A DNA stretch of 64,000 bases from Obrimoposthia wandeli (GCA_977020255.1 CDROCS010001116.1:1-64000); one strand, 5' to 3'; numbered from the stretch's first letter, positions 50,038-64,000 are shown. Translations and numbers: made by a program. The notes: generated by a model from the sequence alone, not told the origin.

Positions 50038-50488
50038 ATGAAACTCGTAAATATAAATTATAAAGGAAGAATAGAAGATTATATTTCATACTCGCATTTA
50101 ATGTTTGGAAGCCGAGACAATATCTGAAAACGTTTGATGATTTCACAGTTGTTATTTTTCCTTCAGGTTAGTTTTTATTTTTATTTCATATTGAATTATT
50201 TTAGGAAGTTGTCGTGTTAGGGGATACAAAACACCATTGAATGAGTTCAATTTATCATTTGGAATTCAAATCAGCACCATACAGACAATCACAATTTCAG
50301 CTTATCTCGGGAAAGCAATAAATATTTATAAAATTTCAGAGAAAATGAAAGAAGAATGCATGTTTGAACCGGAAATTTTTCCTACTCTCAGATATTTGAA
50401 GTCTACACCGCTATGTGTAAATATATTTTCCAGTAGTAAAGTTATGATATTGGGATTGAGAAATTTTGATTATCCAGACACTGTTTGA
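50038..50488 (+). pseudogene. TBP-like gene with a predicted 38-nt intron (50167-50204) and one frameshift
   Basis: VVIFPSG|SCRVRGYK after splicing and MFEPEIFPTLRY...VNIFSSSKVMILG mirror the two TBP repeats (IFSSGKMVCTGAK; YEPELFPGLIY...IFVSGKVVLTG). Confidence 0.7.
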
Positions 50489-50809
50489 TTAAACCAATTG
50501 TTTCAAATGAATAATACTATAAATAGATACAATGAAGGGGATCGATGAAATTTTTTTCTGGAAAAATTAAATGTAAATAAATTTTATCAAAATTAAAAAA
50601 TTATGATACAACAAGAGATAATATTGAAATATTGGTTAGATCACATGTTATTTGAAAATTTAGAAATCAAACACAAATAAAAAAATTATATACAAATATT
50701 CATTAATTAATTTTTGTATTTCATCTACAGTAGCTCTAACATTATACGTTTCATTAAGGAAACTTCAATAATAATATAAACAATATTAAAATGAAAGAGT
50801 ATATGTAAT

Positions 50810-51415
50810 GGAGCTAAATAATGCTGTATTTCAAATAGTTGGTTCGACTGGAAGTGGAAAGACACATTTCGTATGAATATTGTTGCAAAATGAATCTATT
50901 TTCAACTCTAGTTTCAAAAATATTTATTACCATCGTGGTGGAGGAGGTGAAAGTAGATTAACCCAAACCGAAGTTTACAAGTTGAAGGGAATAAATTTTA
51001 TTAAAGATTTGATGCGAATTGGTGCGAAAGATTGAAAAAAGAAGATGTAATAATAATTGATGATTTGTATCAGGAAGCTAATAAGGAATCGGACTTTAAT
51101 AATTTATTTACAAAGATAGCAAGACATCGTGAAGTAACAGTTATATTTATCACTCAAAATCTTTTTCACCAAGGAGATCATCATAGAGCAAGAAATCTTA
51201 ATGTACATTACTTAATATTATTTAAATATCCTAGAGATCAAACAATTGTAGATCTCGTAGCCAGACAAGCATTTCCCCAAAATAAAAACTTTCTAGTTGA
51301 TTCATTTCATGATGCTGCTAAACAAGCACATGGGTATATATATATATATATATTGACCTTACACAATCTTGCCCAGATGATTTACGTGTTTTAACAGACA
51401 TATTTAATTCTAAGG
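50810..51415 (+). pseudogene. Maverick packaging ATPase (copy 2)
   Basis: VGSTGSGKT, IIDDLYQEA, VIFITQNLFHQG, FKYPRD. Confidence 0.9.
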
Positions 51416-51642
51416 GAGTAACTGTTTATAAACAAATAGAGAACAATTATATAAAATAAATTTGCAATGCATTTTAAGAAGTTGATAGTGAAACGTAAAC
51501 GTAAAGTAAAAGCAAGACCTAAGAAATAAAAAATAAAAAAACAATAATTAAGAAAAAATAAGTGAATAAATTAATTTAGTTCGAAGTAAAAAAAAATTAA
51601 ATAACTTTGAATATAAACAATATTAAACATGAACTTTTATTT

Positions 51643-51975
51643 AAATGAAGAAAATACAAAGAAGCATACTCGGTTTTAAAGCTTTGATCAAAGCCTTTTC
51701 TCATAAGAGAATGAGTATTCTTAAAGCATTTTCATCTTTTGTTGAAGATGATTTCTTGGAAGTTTTGTAAAATATAGTTTTAGGTCGAGTAAAAAATTGA
51801 AAAACGGAAAGATTTATTAAAGAAATATAGAAATACTCTTCTAGATATTGCTAATGTAAAAAGTAAAAAAAGGAAACGAAATATTATTCTTAAACAGAAT
51901 GGTGGTTTCATATGGGCTGTTATACAAGTTTTTGTTTCAATTATCAGTAGTATTATAGCTGCGACACGTTCATAA
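51643..51975 (+). pseudogene. Conserved small Maverick ORF ending in a QNGGF amphipathic helix (partial second copy at 48249-48500)
   Basis: ...ILKAF...EVL.NIVLG...KKYRNTLLDIA...KQNGGFIWAVI. Confidence 0.55.
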
Positions 51976-52063
51976 ACAATTATTTATAAAATCAGTTAAA
52001 GATATGGGTGCTAACCCTTCTTTATCTAAATTTAAATTTTCTTTCTATTCAAATTGTTGTAAT

Positions 52064-53170
52064 GGAGAAGATATGGTTCAATCCAAAAGATCCAATTGGT
52101 TACACCGGAGTTTTAAAATTAGCAAAAAGAACAAAACAAAATTACAAGAAAACACAGAAATGGCTGAGCGACCAGTTAGCCTACAGTCTGAACAAGCCGA
52201 TGAGAAGAAGGTTTCCAACTAGAGCTTACAAAACCAGCAGTCCTAATAATTTATGGCAAATGGATTTGATGGAGATGATCCCATATTCTTCCATTAATAA
52301 GGGATATCAATATATTTTAACATGTATTGATGTATTTAGCAGGTTTGCTCGTGCAATTCCAGTTAAAGCAAAGTCTTTAATAGCTATGCTTGAAGCCTTT
52401 AAATAAATATTAAAATAGGACATTCCGCAAAATGTGCAAACTGATTTAGGAAAATAATTTTATAATAAGCAAGTTCAATCATTATTTAAACAAAATAATA
52501 TAAATCCCTACTCAGTGTTTTCACAGTACAAAGCAGCAGTAGTAGAAAGATTTAATCGTACTTTAAGAGATCGAATAAAAAAGTATTTCATAAAAGAAGG
52601 AATTAAAAAGTGGATTCAAGTTTTACCTAAAATAATACATGCATATAATCACTCTGAACATAGAAGTCTCAATGGAATAAGATCGGTAAATAAAAGAAGG
52701 AATTAAAAAGTGGATTCAAGTTTTACCTAAAATAATACATGCATATAATCACTCTGAACATAGAAGTCTCAAACATTTAATGTTACTGATAAAAATTCTA
52801 CGGATATTTAGATAGACAGGAATAAAAAAGAAAATGTTAAAATTCTAAATATAAGGAAAACGAATATGTTCGAATTTCTAAAATGAGTTCTACTCCATTT
52901 ATTAAAAAAAATTATCAAAATTGGAGCGATGAAATATTTTGTATAAGTAAAATTGATCAAAAGAGTAATCCAATAATGTATACTATTAAAAATGCTGACA
53001 ATAATATCATTCGGGGTAAATTTTACGAGCAAGAACTACAAGTAATATCAAATAAATCTAAGGTTTTCCACATTCAAAAAATATTAAAAACTAAGGGTAA
53101 ACATAAACAATACTTTTTTAAATGGCATGTTTATTCAGATCCAACTTGGATATCACAATCTAATATAATA
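52064..53170 (+). pseudogene. Maverick integrase with chromodomain remnant
   Basis: LWQMDL, YILTCIDVFSRFA, QTD.GK.F, KAAVVERFNRTL, YN..EHRS; IQKIL..K...KQYF.KW. Confidence 0.9.
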
Positions 53171-53184
53171 TGAAATCTTTGTAA

Positions 53185-55170
53185 ATGGTATTACCTAATA
53201 ACAGATGCCCGAAGACTCAACCGGATAATGACGCTAGTAGCTTTATTATATATTGGAAAAATCCTATAAATCTCCAAGGAGAATTAACAGACTTTTATTT
53301 TTATTATTTTACAATTACTATCAGAAAAAACTTACATATTTCGTTTACAAAAGAAATGAAGTATGATGAAGCAAATCATATTGTGATCAGGTTTGATAGT
53401 AAAGGAAAATTCTATTACAATTGTATAGATAAAGAAGTGAAAGTATTATAGGAAAACAACAAAATAATATTTAAAATCGATTATATTTTATTCAATTTAC
53501 ATTTGAAACTAAAAAGAAGCTTTTCAATTCGGTTTTGATAATGAACATGCAGTAGTTATTACGACACGAGATATTGTCTCATCTAAATCGGTTATAAATG
53601 TTCCTGATAGAGTAGCAAAACTGTTGTTAGCTGAAACTAGATCTAAAGATGTAGTGGAATTGAAAAAGTTTTCAAAAGATTATAAAATAGATAGTGAAGA
53701 GAATTTATGTAAATTTATAATGAAGGAATTTAATGAATATTTGAATAAATATGTAACATTAAAATATGGTAAATTGATGTTTACAGTAAAGAGCAATATA
53801 AAACGGGTTTCCTTTGATGATGAACTCGCTAAAAACTTGTTTTAACCAGAAATACCTTTGAAAGCCATACAATAAAAACCATAAAAACTAAATATACGGC
53901 AAAATCTTTAAATGCTATTAATCAGTTATATATTTATACTAGATTAATAAAAGCAACGCTTGTAGGAGGACTATGAGTTCCACTTTTCAACTTGGCGGCA
54001 GTCAGAGCATCTACTCGATCAGGTATTGTATCGACAGTTTCTGAAACTCCGAGTAGTCTAAACCAATTCCACTGGACATAAGTATGTTCTATGACTTTAC
54101 TTAAGATTCGTATTTTAATCTTCTTTCTTTCTACAGCTGAATATTTGTAAGCCTGGAAATTTTGGTTGTTGTCGGTATTCCAGAACCCGAGGGTCCTAAC
54201 TCTAAGAAAATAGAGTTCTACCATTTTTCACTATTATCTTTCCGCGTAATCTCGACTAGATTCTGATATTTGTCCATTGCTTTGCTGTAACTATTATTTT
54301 GACTTATATTACTGTCAATAGGAACTTTAATTTCCACATAATGGATGTAGGTTCTATTTTTACTGTAACATCTGGTCTTGCTTGCTGAATATTGCCACTG
54401 TTATCCATTACTGTAGTAGTTTCCTCCATGGTTGTTCCTGAAAGTGCGTTAACCATAAATATTTCTTCAAAGGAAGCATTGTCTACAACAACTTGTGGAA
54501 GTGGTTTATCAAAAATACACAATTCAGTTTTGGTGCAACTTATTTTTCACATATTGTTTCTTCAACTTTTTAATATTGTACTTTTGTTTACGTTTAAATC
54601 CTCTACCTTCTTGACTTTTGCTTGATTTATATTTTTATTTAAATTAGAAACTTTTGGTAGAATATTATTAAGTTATGCTTCTTAAAAGTTGGTATTAATT
54701 TATTATCCTTATGTGAAAAGTAATCCTTTCTTAATTTCAATATAAATCGTTTGAGTCTCTTCAAAATCAAAAAGGCAAATCTACCTTATGTTGTAAGCCA
54801 GCCGAATCCATATTGTTTACCAATAAAATATGGTAATTCACTATTTTGTTGGCTTGTACTTTAAGCTTCAATTATTGCTGCATTCACCATTTGCTTTTCT
54901 TCAATGTATTGTAAACTTGTCTTGGCTCCGTATGTAAAATCTATTAGTTGTCCAGAATCATTTCTAAAATTTACTTCAATATTGTCTATAGATAAGAGAG
55001 CAACTGGAAGATACATTGGTTGATCTATACGAATACCGACAACGTCCCCAATTTTAGTTTGACTTTTAGATATCCATATTGTTCTACGAAGTGTGTGGCA
55101 GATTAGACGGATACACCCACTTACATAATCTTTCAGTAACCCAACTCGCGTACTTGTCGGGAGGCCCATT
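53185..55170. pseudogene. Maverick minor capsid (N-half on +, C-half on -) and major capsid N-terminal fragment (-)
   Basis: VLPNN...DNDASSF...PINLQGE (+); QPMYLPV...IEVNFRNDSGQLIDF (-); IFDKPLPQVVVDNASFEEIF (-). Confidence 0.6.
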
Positions 55171-55789
55171 TCTTGATTTGTACTGCAACCTTTAATTGTT
55201 TAATTTTAATTTCTCACATTATCTTACTAAACATAATTTTTACTAGTTTGTATTTGAATACAAAATTAATCATTCAAAAATCTAGCACTTTGATTTAATC
55301 CATGAAATAAAATATCACTTTGGTAAAACACAATACATTAATTGTAGAATGTCAACCATTCAAATCCCTTCCCATTCAGCTGCAACCATTCATTGTGTAC
55401 ACAACATTTGTTGAACCAAGAAGTAGATGGAGTTCATGTGGTAGGATAATATTAAGAACATGGTTTGATTTGTTGGTATGCATTACAATGGAGGAATGTG
55501 CAACATTTTCAAGGTTTTCAGCTTTACTGTGCATTTACTGTCATCGGCAACATGCAGTTATTATGGAGAACAAGATACATGTGACATGATTTCTAGCAGA
55601 GCATTACATAATTTTAAATCCGAAGAGATAATAAAATAAGTAGTAATAAGTAGTATTCCTCACACACCGCCAACTCCTGTATTTATCAGCAGTTTATGCA
55701 AAAATTGCCATATTGTTTAAAATAATTTGTACCAAAGACGAGTTCTTTATAAAAAACAACATTAAACGGACTAAATGATACTTTATACT

Positions 55790-57700
55790 ACTTTTACATT
55801 TGTAGGGTCACGAAATTTACTGTAGTATACTTGTTTAGAATCATTAATTTTGCAAAATTTTTCAAATGCTCCCACGAGATAAATTTCAAATAAAGATACA
55901 TAATCGCTCTTAAACATAATCTCATTCTAACGACAAGTTTCGAGGTATTTAATGTAGTACAAAAGAATAAGTGTATTTTAACAATTAAAAAACAGGTAAA
56001 TAAGCTCTCTGTTTCCTTCAAACAATAGACATCACTACTAATCACCAAGCATATACACTGTGTGGTAGAGTTCCTGGGAATCATATAAGCCAAATCATCT
56101 TCCATGTTAGTAAATTTCCCATCTGCCAATGAGAATAAACGACGTTTGTTTGCTTCCTTTTTCTACTGCATAGCACTCCAAGTATACTTCAGTTTATATT
56201 TGATTTTATTTTTGTCAAATTAAGCATGTAAGTTTTGATATTTTTGTCATTTTTAGATATTTTCTCAATTACGTAATTTATTTCATTAACCTATTTGTGA
56301 AAATTGTGTCGACAATCATTTTGTAGTTGTAACATAATAAAACTTTGGATAAAAAATTTTGAATTTGATAATAGTATAAAACAAATGTTATTAAACTTTA
56401 CGATACAAGTTACTATTCTATGTATTAGCTCGATGTTAATTATTTATAATATAGAAATACTAAAAATAATAGTACTTTTTTAAAGTTTACTTTTATTGAA
56501 AATATTCAGTTCCTTACATTTAACATAATCAAAATTGTGTGGTGGTGTACTAGACTTCTTGGTGATAGGAGCTTCTTATTTTATATTTAAAGAACTAATC
56601 AGATTGATATTTTTCATGTTATTTTTAAAAAGTATGCCAAATTAGAGTGAATTAAGGAATATTAAGTATTTTAAAAATATAGGTAGTTTGAACGAATCAA
56701 TTAAATATTTAAAAAAATAGAATATGGATGTTTATTAAATTTTTAAACATTGAAACTATGAAGTTCTTTAGATTATTGATTTATTTTTTAAAGTGTATCC
56801 AACAAATTTAATTATATAGTCAAATTAATGAATCAAAGTTAAACTAACAAAGAAAGTTATTGATGTGAAAATCTTAAATTTTCTTCATATTTATAAAATA
56901 TTATCAAAAATATTTGTTAGGAACAGTGTTAAATTAATAACTCTTCAAAAAAATTATTAGAGATCTAAATAATCAAATTATAAAATCTTTACATAATACT
57001 TTTGTTTAAATATTACGTTGCTGAAAGTTTCATAAATTTATGTTTTTAAAAAACAATTTAAAAATAAAAAAATCTTATTTAATGAAGTCACTTTGACACG
57101 CAAATATAAATGATCAAGTTCGAGGTGTTTTAGTTTACAATCTTTTTCACAATGAGGTCTTTCAATCACTTCAAAGTAGAAATGGGCAAAACTGAAAATT
57201 CATCGTGATAGCAAACGTTTTTCTACTTTGTCTTTAGCTTTTTTCAATAAAATTGGACATTGCCATACTATTTCAACTACCTCATAATTACTGGAACTCG
57301 TCGCTTTTTCGTATTCAATAACTTCCTTAATTATTTGTTCTTCGGTGAGCTGTTCATCTTTATCCATGTCAAGCCAACCCTCCGATTATTTTATTTCTAT
57401 TTTTATCACAAAAATTATTTAAGGCTATTTGGAGAGCACTGCACCTTTTTGTCCTCATTTTCTGAGAACTCTTCATGATGGCTTACGTTTTTTCTAACAA
57501 TCTGTAATAGTTTCAAAAACTGGGCAGTTTTATGTTTTTCAAAAATGTAGACATGTTAAGCTTATTAATTCTTTCAATATTTGACTAGAAGATTCTTTAT
57601 ACCTTTGAAAAACTGAGGTTGACGAGACTTTCCAATTAAATGACTGGGCAGCTTGATTGTTCCAGAGACATTCGCACATACATTGCGATTTTTCTTGCAT
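55790..57700 (-). mobile_element. pogo/Tigger transposase fragments
   Basis: GKFTNMEDDL (CENP-B-like), KLPSHLIGKSRQP, WLDMD...LTEEQII; highly degraded. Confidence 0.45.
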
Positions 57701-58477
57701 TTCTTTCTTCTCGACACACTCTTCTCAAAATGCATTTTTAGGTACTATGTGACATGAGTTGTTTAATAAAAATACATGTTTTATACGTATTAAACACCTA
57801 ATCACGGGAAAATGAATCAACACACAAGGAAAATTCTTTTACAAAACTATTTGAAGAAACAAATCCAACAGATTGGGTTTTACTTTGTTGCAGAAGAGAT
57901 GGAAAAATCTTGTAAGGAGTCCGGAATTTGCATTAAACTTTTCATCACTTTGTTTAGAACATTTTTTGAATAATTATACTAGTTTTCATCAACTAATGCT
58001 CTATTTGTTATTCATCTCCCTTAGTTCACTAAATGTATAATGCAACAGGTCTACATAACTTTCTAATTATTTTCCTGTTGTTCATTTTTGTAGGTCTGAA
58101 GCTTTTCCAAAGGAGCTTGTACATCACCATCTTTTTTGTTGTCCTCACATATTTTATCAAATTAGAACAATGTTTTTTTCTTTTGCTGATTAACATTTTC
58201 AACTTTTAAACATATTGCATTCCAAAAAACAAGGGCAATACATACAAACATTAAATTTTATATTTCTTAATTTAAAAAAAAACTATTTTTATAATATTTA
58301 TTCTGAAGTAATTAAAATATTAACGAAATTATCTTTATATTGATTAATTAAAATTTTGTTCGAGATTTTATTATATTTTGCTTGAAAATATTTATCTTAA
58401 TGTTAAGGAAAAAAATCAACAAATTTTTGTATCCCTAAGGAAGGATTTAACTGAAAAATGTATACATACAACAATAT

Positions 58478-59935
58478 TGTTTGGGTTTCTATTTGAAACT
58501 CTTCAATTAGATTCTCGTATGGAGGTCCCCATTTTGAGTTCTGTAACGATAGGGCTTACAGACGGATGTGGCCTACTTAATTCTAGTCTCAATCTGAAGG
58601 TTTAGTGTCTTATTGTTTTGTGGTGTGTTCAAGGAGTTGTATTCACATATAGCTAGAAGGGCCCAAAAGCTAGTGTGGTGTGATGTAACGCAGGGTGGAT
58701 AGTTTATCAGCTGAGTTAACTTTTATGTCAGAAGGGTCTGATAACACCAAGACCGAATATCGATAAACCAGAGCCGAGACCAATCGACGTAGACAATACT
58801 CATCTGAATCTGTCAGCACGTGGAATATTGTCTCGTTGGTTGTCCCTCGGCTAATCTATATGTTAGGGGGCTCACGAATTTCACAAATAATTTAACTCGG
58901 AATGAATCTTCTATCGATTTTGCTAAAATAACTTTATTTAACTTAGCACAATTAAAACTTCCTAAAATTATTACAGAATACGCAATAGGGTTGACACTTT
59001 TCTATGCGTATACTTTTATACGCCTCCTGCTACATAATCATTCTTCAAATTATTCCCCGTGCCTTTCTACCCGTCTATCTAACTCTTTAATTTAATATGT
59101 TATTGCCGACTAATTCAATAACGTCGTTTTACTTGAACTGTACTTAAATTCAAACGTCTTTTACTTGAAATGTACTTAAAATTCAATTCTTCTTTACTCA
59201 AAAATGTACTTAAAATTAAAATCGTCTTTACTCAAAATGTATTTAAAAATTCAACTTGTCTTTACTCAAAATGTACTTAAAAATTCAATTCGTCTTTATT
59301 CAAAAAATGTACTTTATGTAAGTTGTGTTTTTTGCTCACCAGTTCAGTTTAAATATCAGTAGTTTCGAATTTGCCAATTTGAATATCTTTAGTTCCGAAT
59401 TTGCTAATTTGAATATCTGTAGTTCCAAAATTTTATCTGTGCTATTCTGATATTTTTCTGCAAAAAATGAGAATTAATTTCTCTTTATGTATCAAATTTA
59501 CTCACTTCTCGCTTCTCGCGGTCTTTGAAGATAGGAGATGGCGGCTGCGTCTCGAAGTATTTCTGTCTGAGTGCTTCTTCACGAACTAATGGAGTCTGAG
59601 TGCTTCTTCGTGAACTAATGGAGTTTGAGTGCTTCTAAATAATGGATTTCCGTTCTTCCTACTTAATTAGTTTTCAACTTCCTTTCCGAAATCCACTCAC
59701 CCTCCCCCACTAGACTTATCTTCCTCGGCCCTTCTCGCACAGTTCTACTCATTCCACACACATCTCCCCACGACCTCTTTAAGGTCCTAATTTATTTTAA
59801 TTCGATATTTTATTCTAAAATCAATTTATTTTTAATTTTCTATTTAAATTCATTTCGACCTTTGATTTTAAAATTAACATTTTTTTATATAAATATTTAT
59901 TTTATTTATCTTATTCAATTTTCCTTAATCTAACA
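58478..59935 (-). repeat. Solo LTR (1458 bp) of a related gypsy family with a 4-bp TSD
   Basis: TGTTTGGG...CTAACA flanked by ATAT on both sides. The terminal motifs are shared with the 16613-18604 LTR. Confidence 0.88.
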
Positions 59936-62900
59936 ATATCAAGATTAATAGAAGTTCATTCGAATTGTGAATTAAGGAAATAATAAATGATACTTCAGCG
60001 GATCAACGAATAATGGAGTCATCTAAATATCAGTATGAAAATGAATAACAATACTATCGTTTAAACAACTTCAAAAATATTTAGAACATATTGTGAAGGA
60101 TATTTTGAAGAAGGAAGCCTACATTATATTTCCATACTTTAAAATATATGCCAGGATTTAAATTACTTCAATATAGAATGTACCTGCGTGATAATAGTGT
60201 TTACTTATGTTTATAAAAATCAAAAGTAGAAAAAATATTAATTATTCGAAATTTAAAATGGAAATCGTTTATTATCAAGAACCAAGGAAAAATTAAAATC
60301 ACGATGAATTCGAAATTAACTTTAGATAAAATTGACTTGAATGTGATACGAGTGAAAGTTATAAGCTTCAAAATATAATTAAATACTAAAATAACATTCA
60401 AATCTCCATGAGGTAAGATTCTTCACTTATGCCAAAATTTGTTCATACTTTCTAAATTTTTAAATATAAGAGATTTCTTTAGTCTAATTTTATTGTTTTG
60501 CACTTTATAATAATTATTAGAATAAAATTTACCTAAATAGAACAATATTTAATTCTTAAATTACGTTTAGGAAAGTGAAGTAATGTTTATTCGAGAAAAA
60601 TAATTGTTAACTAACAATTGAATGAAATAGAAAATTATATTTTACATTTCCTCTATTGGTTTATTGTTAACAATTTATTTCAATTAATATTTTCTCTCAG
60701 AAATATCGATAATTATGGAACTGTAATGGTAATTGGATTTTAATCTAGAATATAGGATAACTTGAAATGTAGAAAAATAAAACTTTAGAATGCATTTTTT
60801 TAAAGGTATTCTAAATATTTGTAAAATATTAAACATATTTTAAATAAATTATAGTGTCAAAATTATTGTGCGAACAATGAATTAAACAACTACTATCGTT
60901 AGTGGTATTTTTGCTTCATCAACAATAAATAAGACTTCTCGAACTTTTGTATTCAAACTCTCATCAAACAACCTCAAATCACGATAACGTTCTTATAACA
61001 AAAATTACATCAATACAAATAAGGCTCCAAAATTTCGGAAATTTCTATTTGCAGCATACGATATTGATCTGGCCAATTAATTTTTATAGCGCGCAATTGC
61101 TTAAAACTTGTTTATTATAAAAATCACGTTTCTCAACTACTTAACATTAATACAAGTATGCATTTGGATGACTATTTGCTGGTTAAGTCATTTATCAGCG
61201 ATTCTGATTAATTCAGCAATTAGTAATGATGTTTTAACGTTTTGTGTATGTGAGGAGGCGTCAATTTAACCAGACAGAAGTACAGGCATGAAAGTGATTT
61301 TCTCAGGGTAATTATTAGTGATAAAGCAAGTTGAAGTTATAAGTCATGAATTTGTGAAGTTGTGTACATATATTATTTCTGCAAATAAATTGAATAATAA
61401 ATGATGTTCTACAATAACCATAAAGTTTCTTTAAATATAGCTATCCTTTTCTCAAAACAGCAAATGATAGATATTGCTGGTGCATAAATTGTTTATAAAG
61501 CCTGGATCTGAACGAGTAATTTGGATAATCAACCATAATACTGTTGTGTATTTTGGTTGAGCCATCTTTTTTATTTACTCTATAATATTGATCCTGACTA
61601 TAAGAATGACAATCTAAAAGTGCAATTCGAATGGATTATGGATGATTAATTGGTCTTTGACTAATGTTCAAATTATAGAACAATTTTGGCAACTTTTGCA
61701 ACGTGAGATTTCGCATTATTTTGCTGATAAAAATTTATCTTCTTTTGGTAAACTTAGCATTTCTTTACTGATGCAGCTAACATTATTTCGATGTAAATTT
61801 TAAATACGCCACATATTTTTGAATATTTAAATTGATTATATAATTAAAATATCGTTATAATTAAATATGGTTGATATTTACCCATGCAACCCTGACATAT
61901 CTCGACTTATGGCATCCTTTACCAAACCAATGCCATAATTTGATCTTTGAGATCAGACAACTTCTTCTTTTTGTAAAATGTAGTAACCAGATAAGAACAA
62001 AACAAAGGACTTAAAATCATTCACATCCAATCTGATGTTGAGTAAGTGATTTTAATCAGCATAAATACATCTGGTTAAAACCAATTGAAACACATTTTCA
62101 GTCACAAACTGCTCAAATATATCGACCAATTAGGACCCCTAAAGCCTATTCAGCATTTCATGTCGTGTATTATCTTAAACAGTCTTCACTTTCCATCCTA
62201 TCTTTATTTTGGCCATTTTCTTTCTTGTTTGTGGCTCTTCTTCGGAAATCTCTATTTTTATCCTAATTCTATATTCAACTTCTGGTCAGCTAATTCAGAC
62301 TGCTAAAATTGATGCTACTTCATCTTCACTATAAAAATCATATCCACCAGTAAGCTCATCCACATTCTCAGGAGTGCAATATTAACATCATATTTATTTT
62401 TCGAATTAGTTTCCAATAAAGCATTGGAAACTGTTATAACACCTTGAGATACTATTTTTTTCTTGCTATCTAAAATACTAACTCGCAATTGGTTACTACT
62501 ACCCTTAAAAAGATTCTAAAATTATATTAATTTATAAATAACGTTTTTTGAGCTATAATAATTAAATCACGTATGCTTTCTAATGTGCTTAGTTCACAAA
62601 ATAAAATAAAACTAACAACATACACCATTTAAAATGTATGAAAATTATTTGAATTTTAAGGTATTTTAAAAGGAAAATTTATAGCAGACTATTAAAATTT
62701 ATGGATTAAAACAAACTTTAAATTAAGTTAATTAATTAAAAGTTAATGTTAAACTCATAATTGTTTAACAACTTATTTTTACAGAGACAATATTTCCCGT
62801 CCTTAAATTAGGAACAAATGGGTTACGTGGGTTTTATATAAATTATTAAGCACTTCAAATAAATGTTGATTTCTATCTAAATAAACAATAATTCTGTCGC

Positions 62901-64000
62901 TAAAATAAAAATATAAATGTATTACAGCATGGACAAGGCATAATTCCTTGTGGTGAAAAGTAAAATGACCATATTAAAAACATATTTAACATAACTTATG
63001 ATATTAAGCTATGTCTGTCTAAAGTTTGTGGCAACAAGAAAAGGGGAAAGAGCGTTTCCATGCAACTTTAAGAGCAAAATCTGATAGGTCAATATTCCGG
63101 CTATTGTTGATTGTTTGGAAAGTGCTTTAGTTGTTAAGTTAGGTTGATTTTTTGTGATACGTGAGAAGTATACAATAGCTAACATCAGAAGAGACTAGTT
63201 AATTTAATTGCGACGTTGGGGCATTGTTTTTGAATACAAATAAGGGATTCGAATGCAAAGTTGAGCAACTCCCATGTCAACTGGAACAATTAAGACGATT
63301 GAATGACAGATCAGGCGGATAATGGTGTGGTCAAGAAACCACGCCAACAACTGAACAGAGGGTGACATTTGAACAGTTGCCATCAATTGTATACAGTTTC
63401 TTTTACTAGGGACAAACGAAAGAAGGTAAACCTTTCAAGGGGGCAAAATAAACAATCAATAATGTATTGGGACTCTGGTAATTAACTCCATTATGAAAGT
63501 AGAAATGGACATAAGTTTTATATATTAACACAAATGAAAAATTCATTTATCGGGTTTATTGGCCATTGATATGAAACTGGAAATAGTATGTTTTGAGAAC
63601 TGAAAAAGTGTAACATAGCTGGTCTAGTTTGGTCCTAGATAAGTTCCTTTCAGGTTTTTAATTCAAAATGTTGCTTTCTTCAACGCCAATGAAAGATAAG
63701 AGGCACAATCAATAACTCGATGAACTGCATTACTGTCAGTTTTCAATGCAACTTCTTAGTAGTCTTAATGAACCAAAATTTCTATTCGTATTATTACTTT
63801 ACTGTGAAATTATTACATGTACACAGATGTATAACAATTTTATGGTTTTATGGTTTTCATATTGGCAAAGAGACTCAGAATTTGGAATGGATTAGAACCA
63901 ATAACGTTTTTTATATGAATCTAAATTAGATCACACGATAGTGGAAGCATTCAAAAATATAAATATGTCATCTGGTAAAGGTTTAGAAAAGGAAAAACCA

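Larger units (their letters stand above)
45480..55200 (+). mobile_element. Decayed, duplicated and partly inverted Maverick/Polinton region; boundaries approximate
   Basis: Two packaging ATPases, retroviral-like integrase, minor and major capsid fragments and small conserved ORFs. A ~400-bp block is duplicated at ~45590-45975 and ~48530-48950. Confidence 0.85.

Noticed and set aside
55640-55680. AGTAGT as a Maverick terminus (also ACTACT at 45483-45488)
   Set aside because: No matching long inverted repeat or 6-bp TSD could be identified, and the orientations do not bracket the genes.
60000-64000. Short ORFs and motif-like fragments (for example LFIVDEA near 60920)
   Set aside because: No coherent domain, splice pattern or GC-rich exon signature; probably old TE debris.

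Overview
AT-rich eukaryotic (invertebrate animal-like) DNA; the host cannot be named from sequence. Bases 1-18604 are the 5' ~18.6 kb of a giant Ty3/gypsy LTR retrotransposon on the minus strand, with the 3' end outside the window. Its order is ~2-kb LTR, PBS for elongator tRNA-Met, repeat leader, gag, then accessory ORFs (SUMO/ubiquitin-like, AT-hook, possible Bcl-2 fold). A chuvirus-type fusion glycoprotein follows, placed BEFORE pol. The extended pol region reads protease-1, IAP (BIR-BIR-UBA-RING), protease-2, RT, RNase H, integrase, three Rel-type IPT-like repeats, an MKP-like dual-specificity phosphatase, a degenerate second phosphatase domain and small membrane proteins. Much of this cargo is split by 1-nt frameshifts and is invisible in the ORF track. 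The rest of the window holds the last two exons of a CTD small phosphatase gene (+) and three exons of a FAM78 gene (-). It also holds related solo or partial LTRs, MITEs and Merlin, Tc1 and pogo remnants. Decayed Maverick/Polinton segments carry a packaging ATPase (x3), integrase, capsid fragments, a TBP-like gene and an IAP clearly homologous to the retroelement's IAP. All protein assignments come from manual translation and recalled family motifs; no database searches were run.
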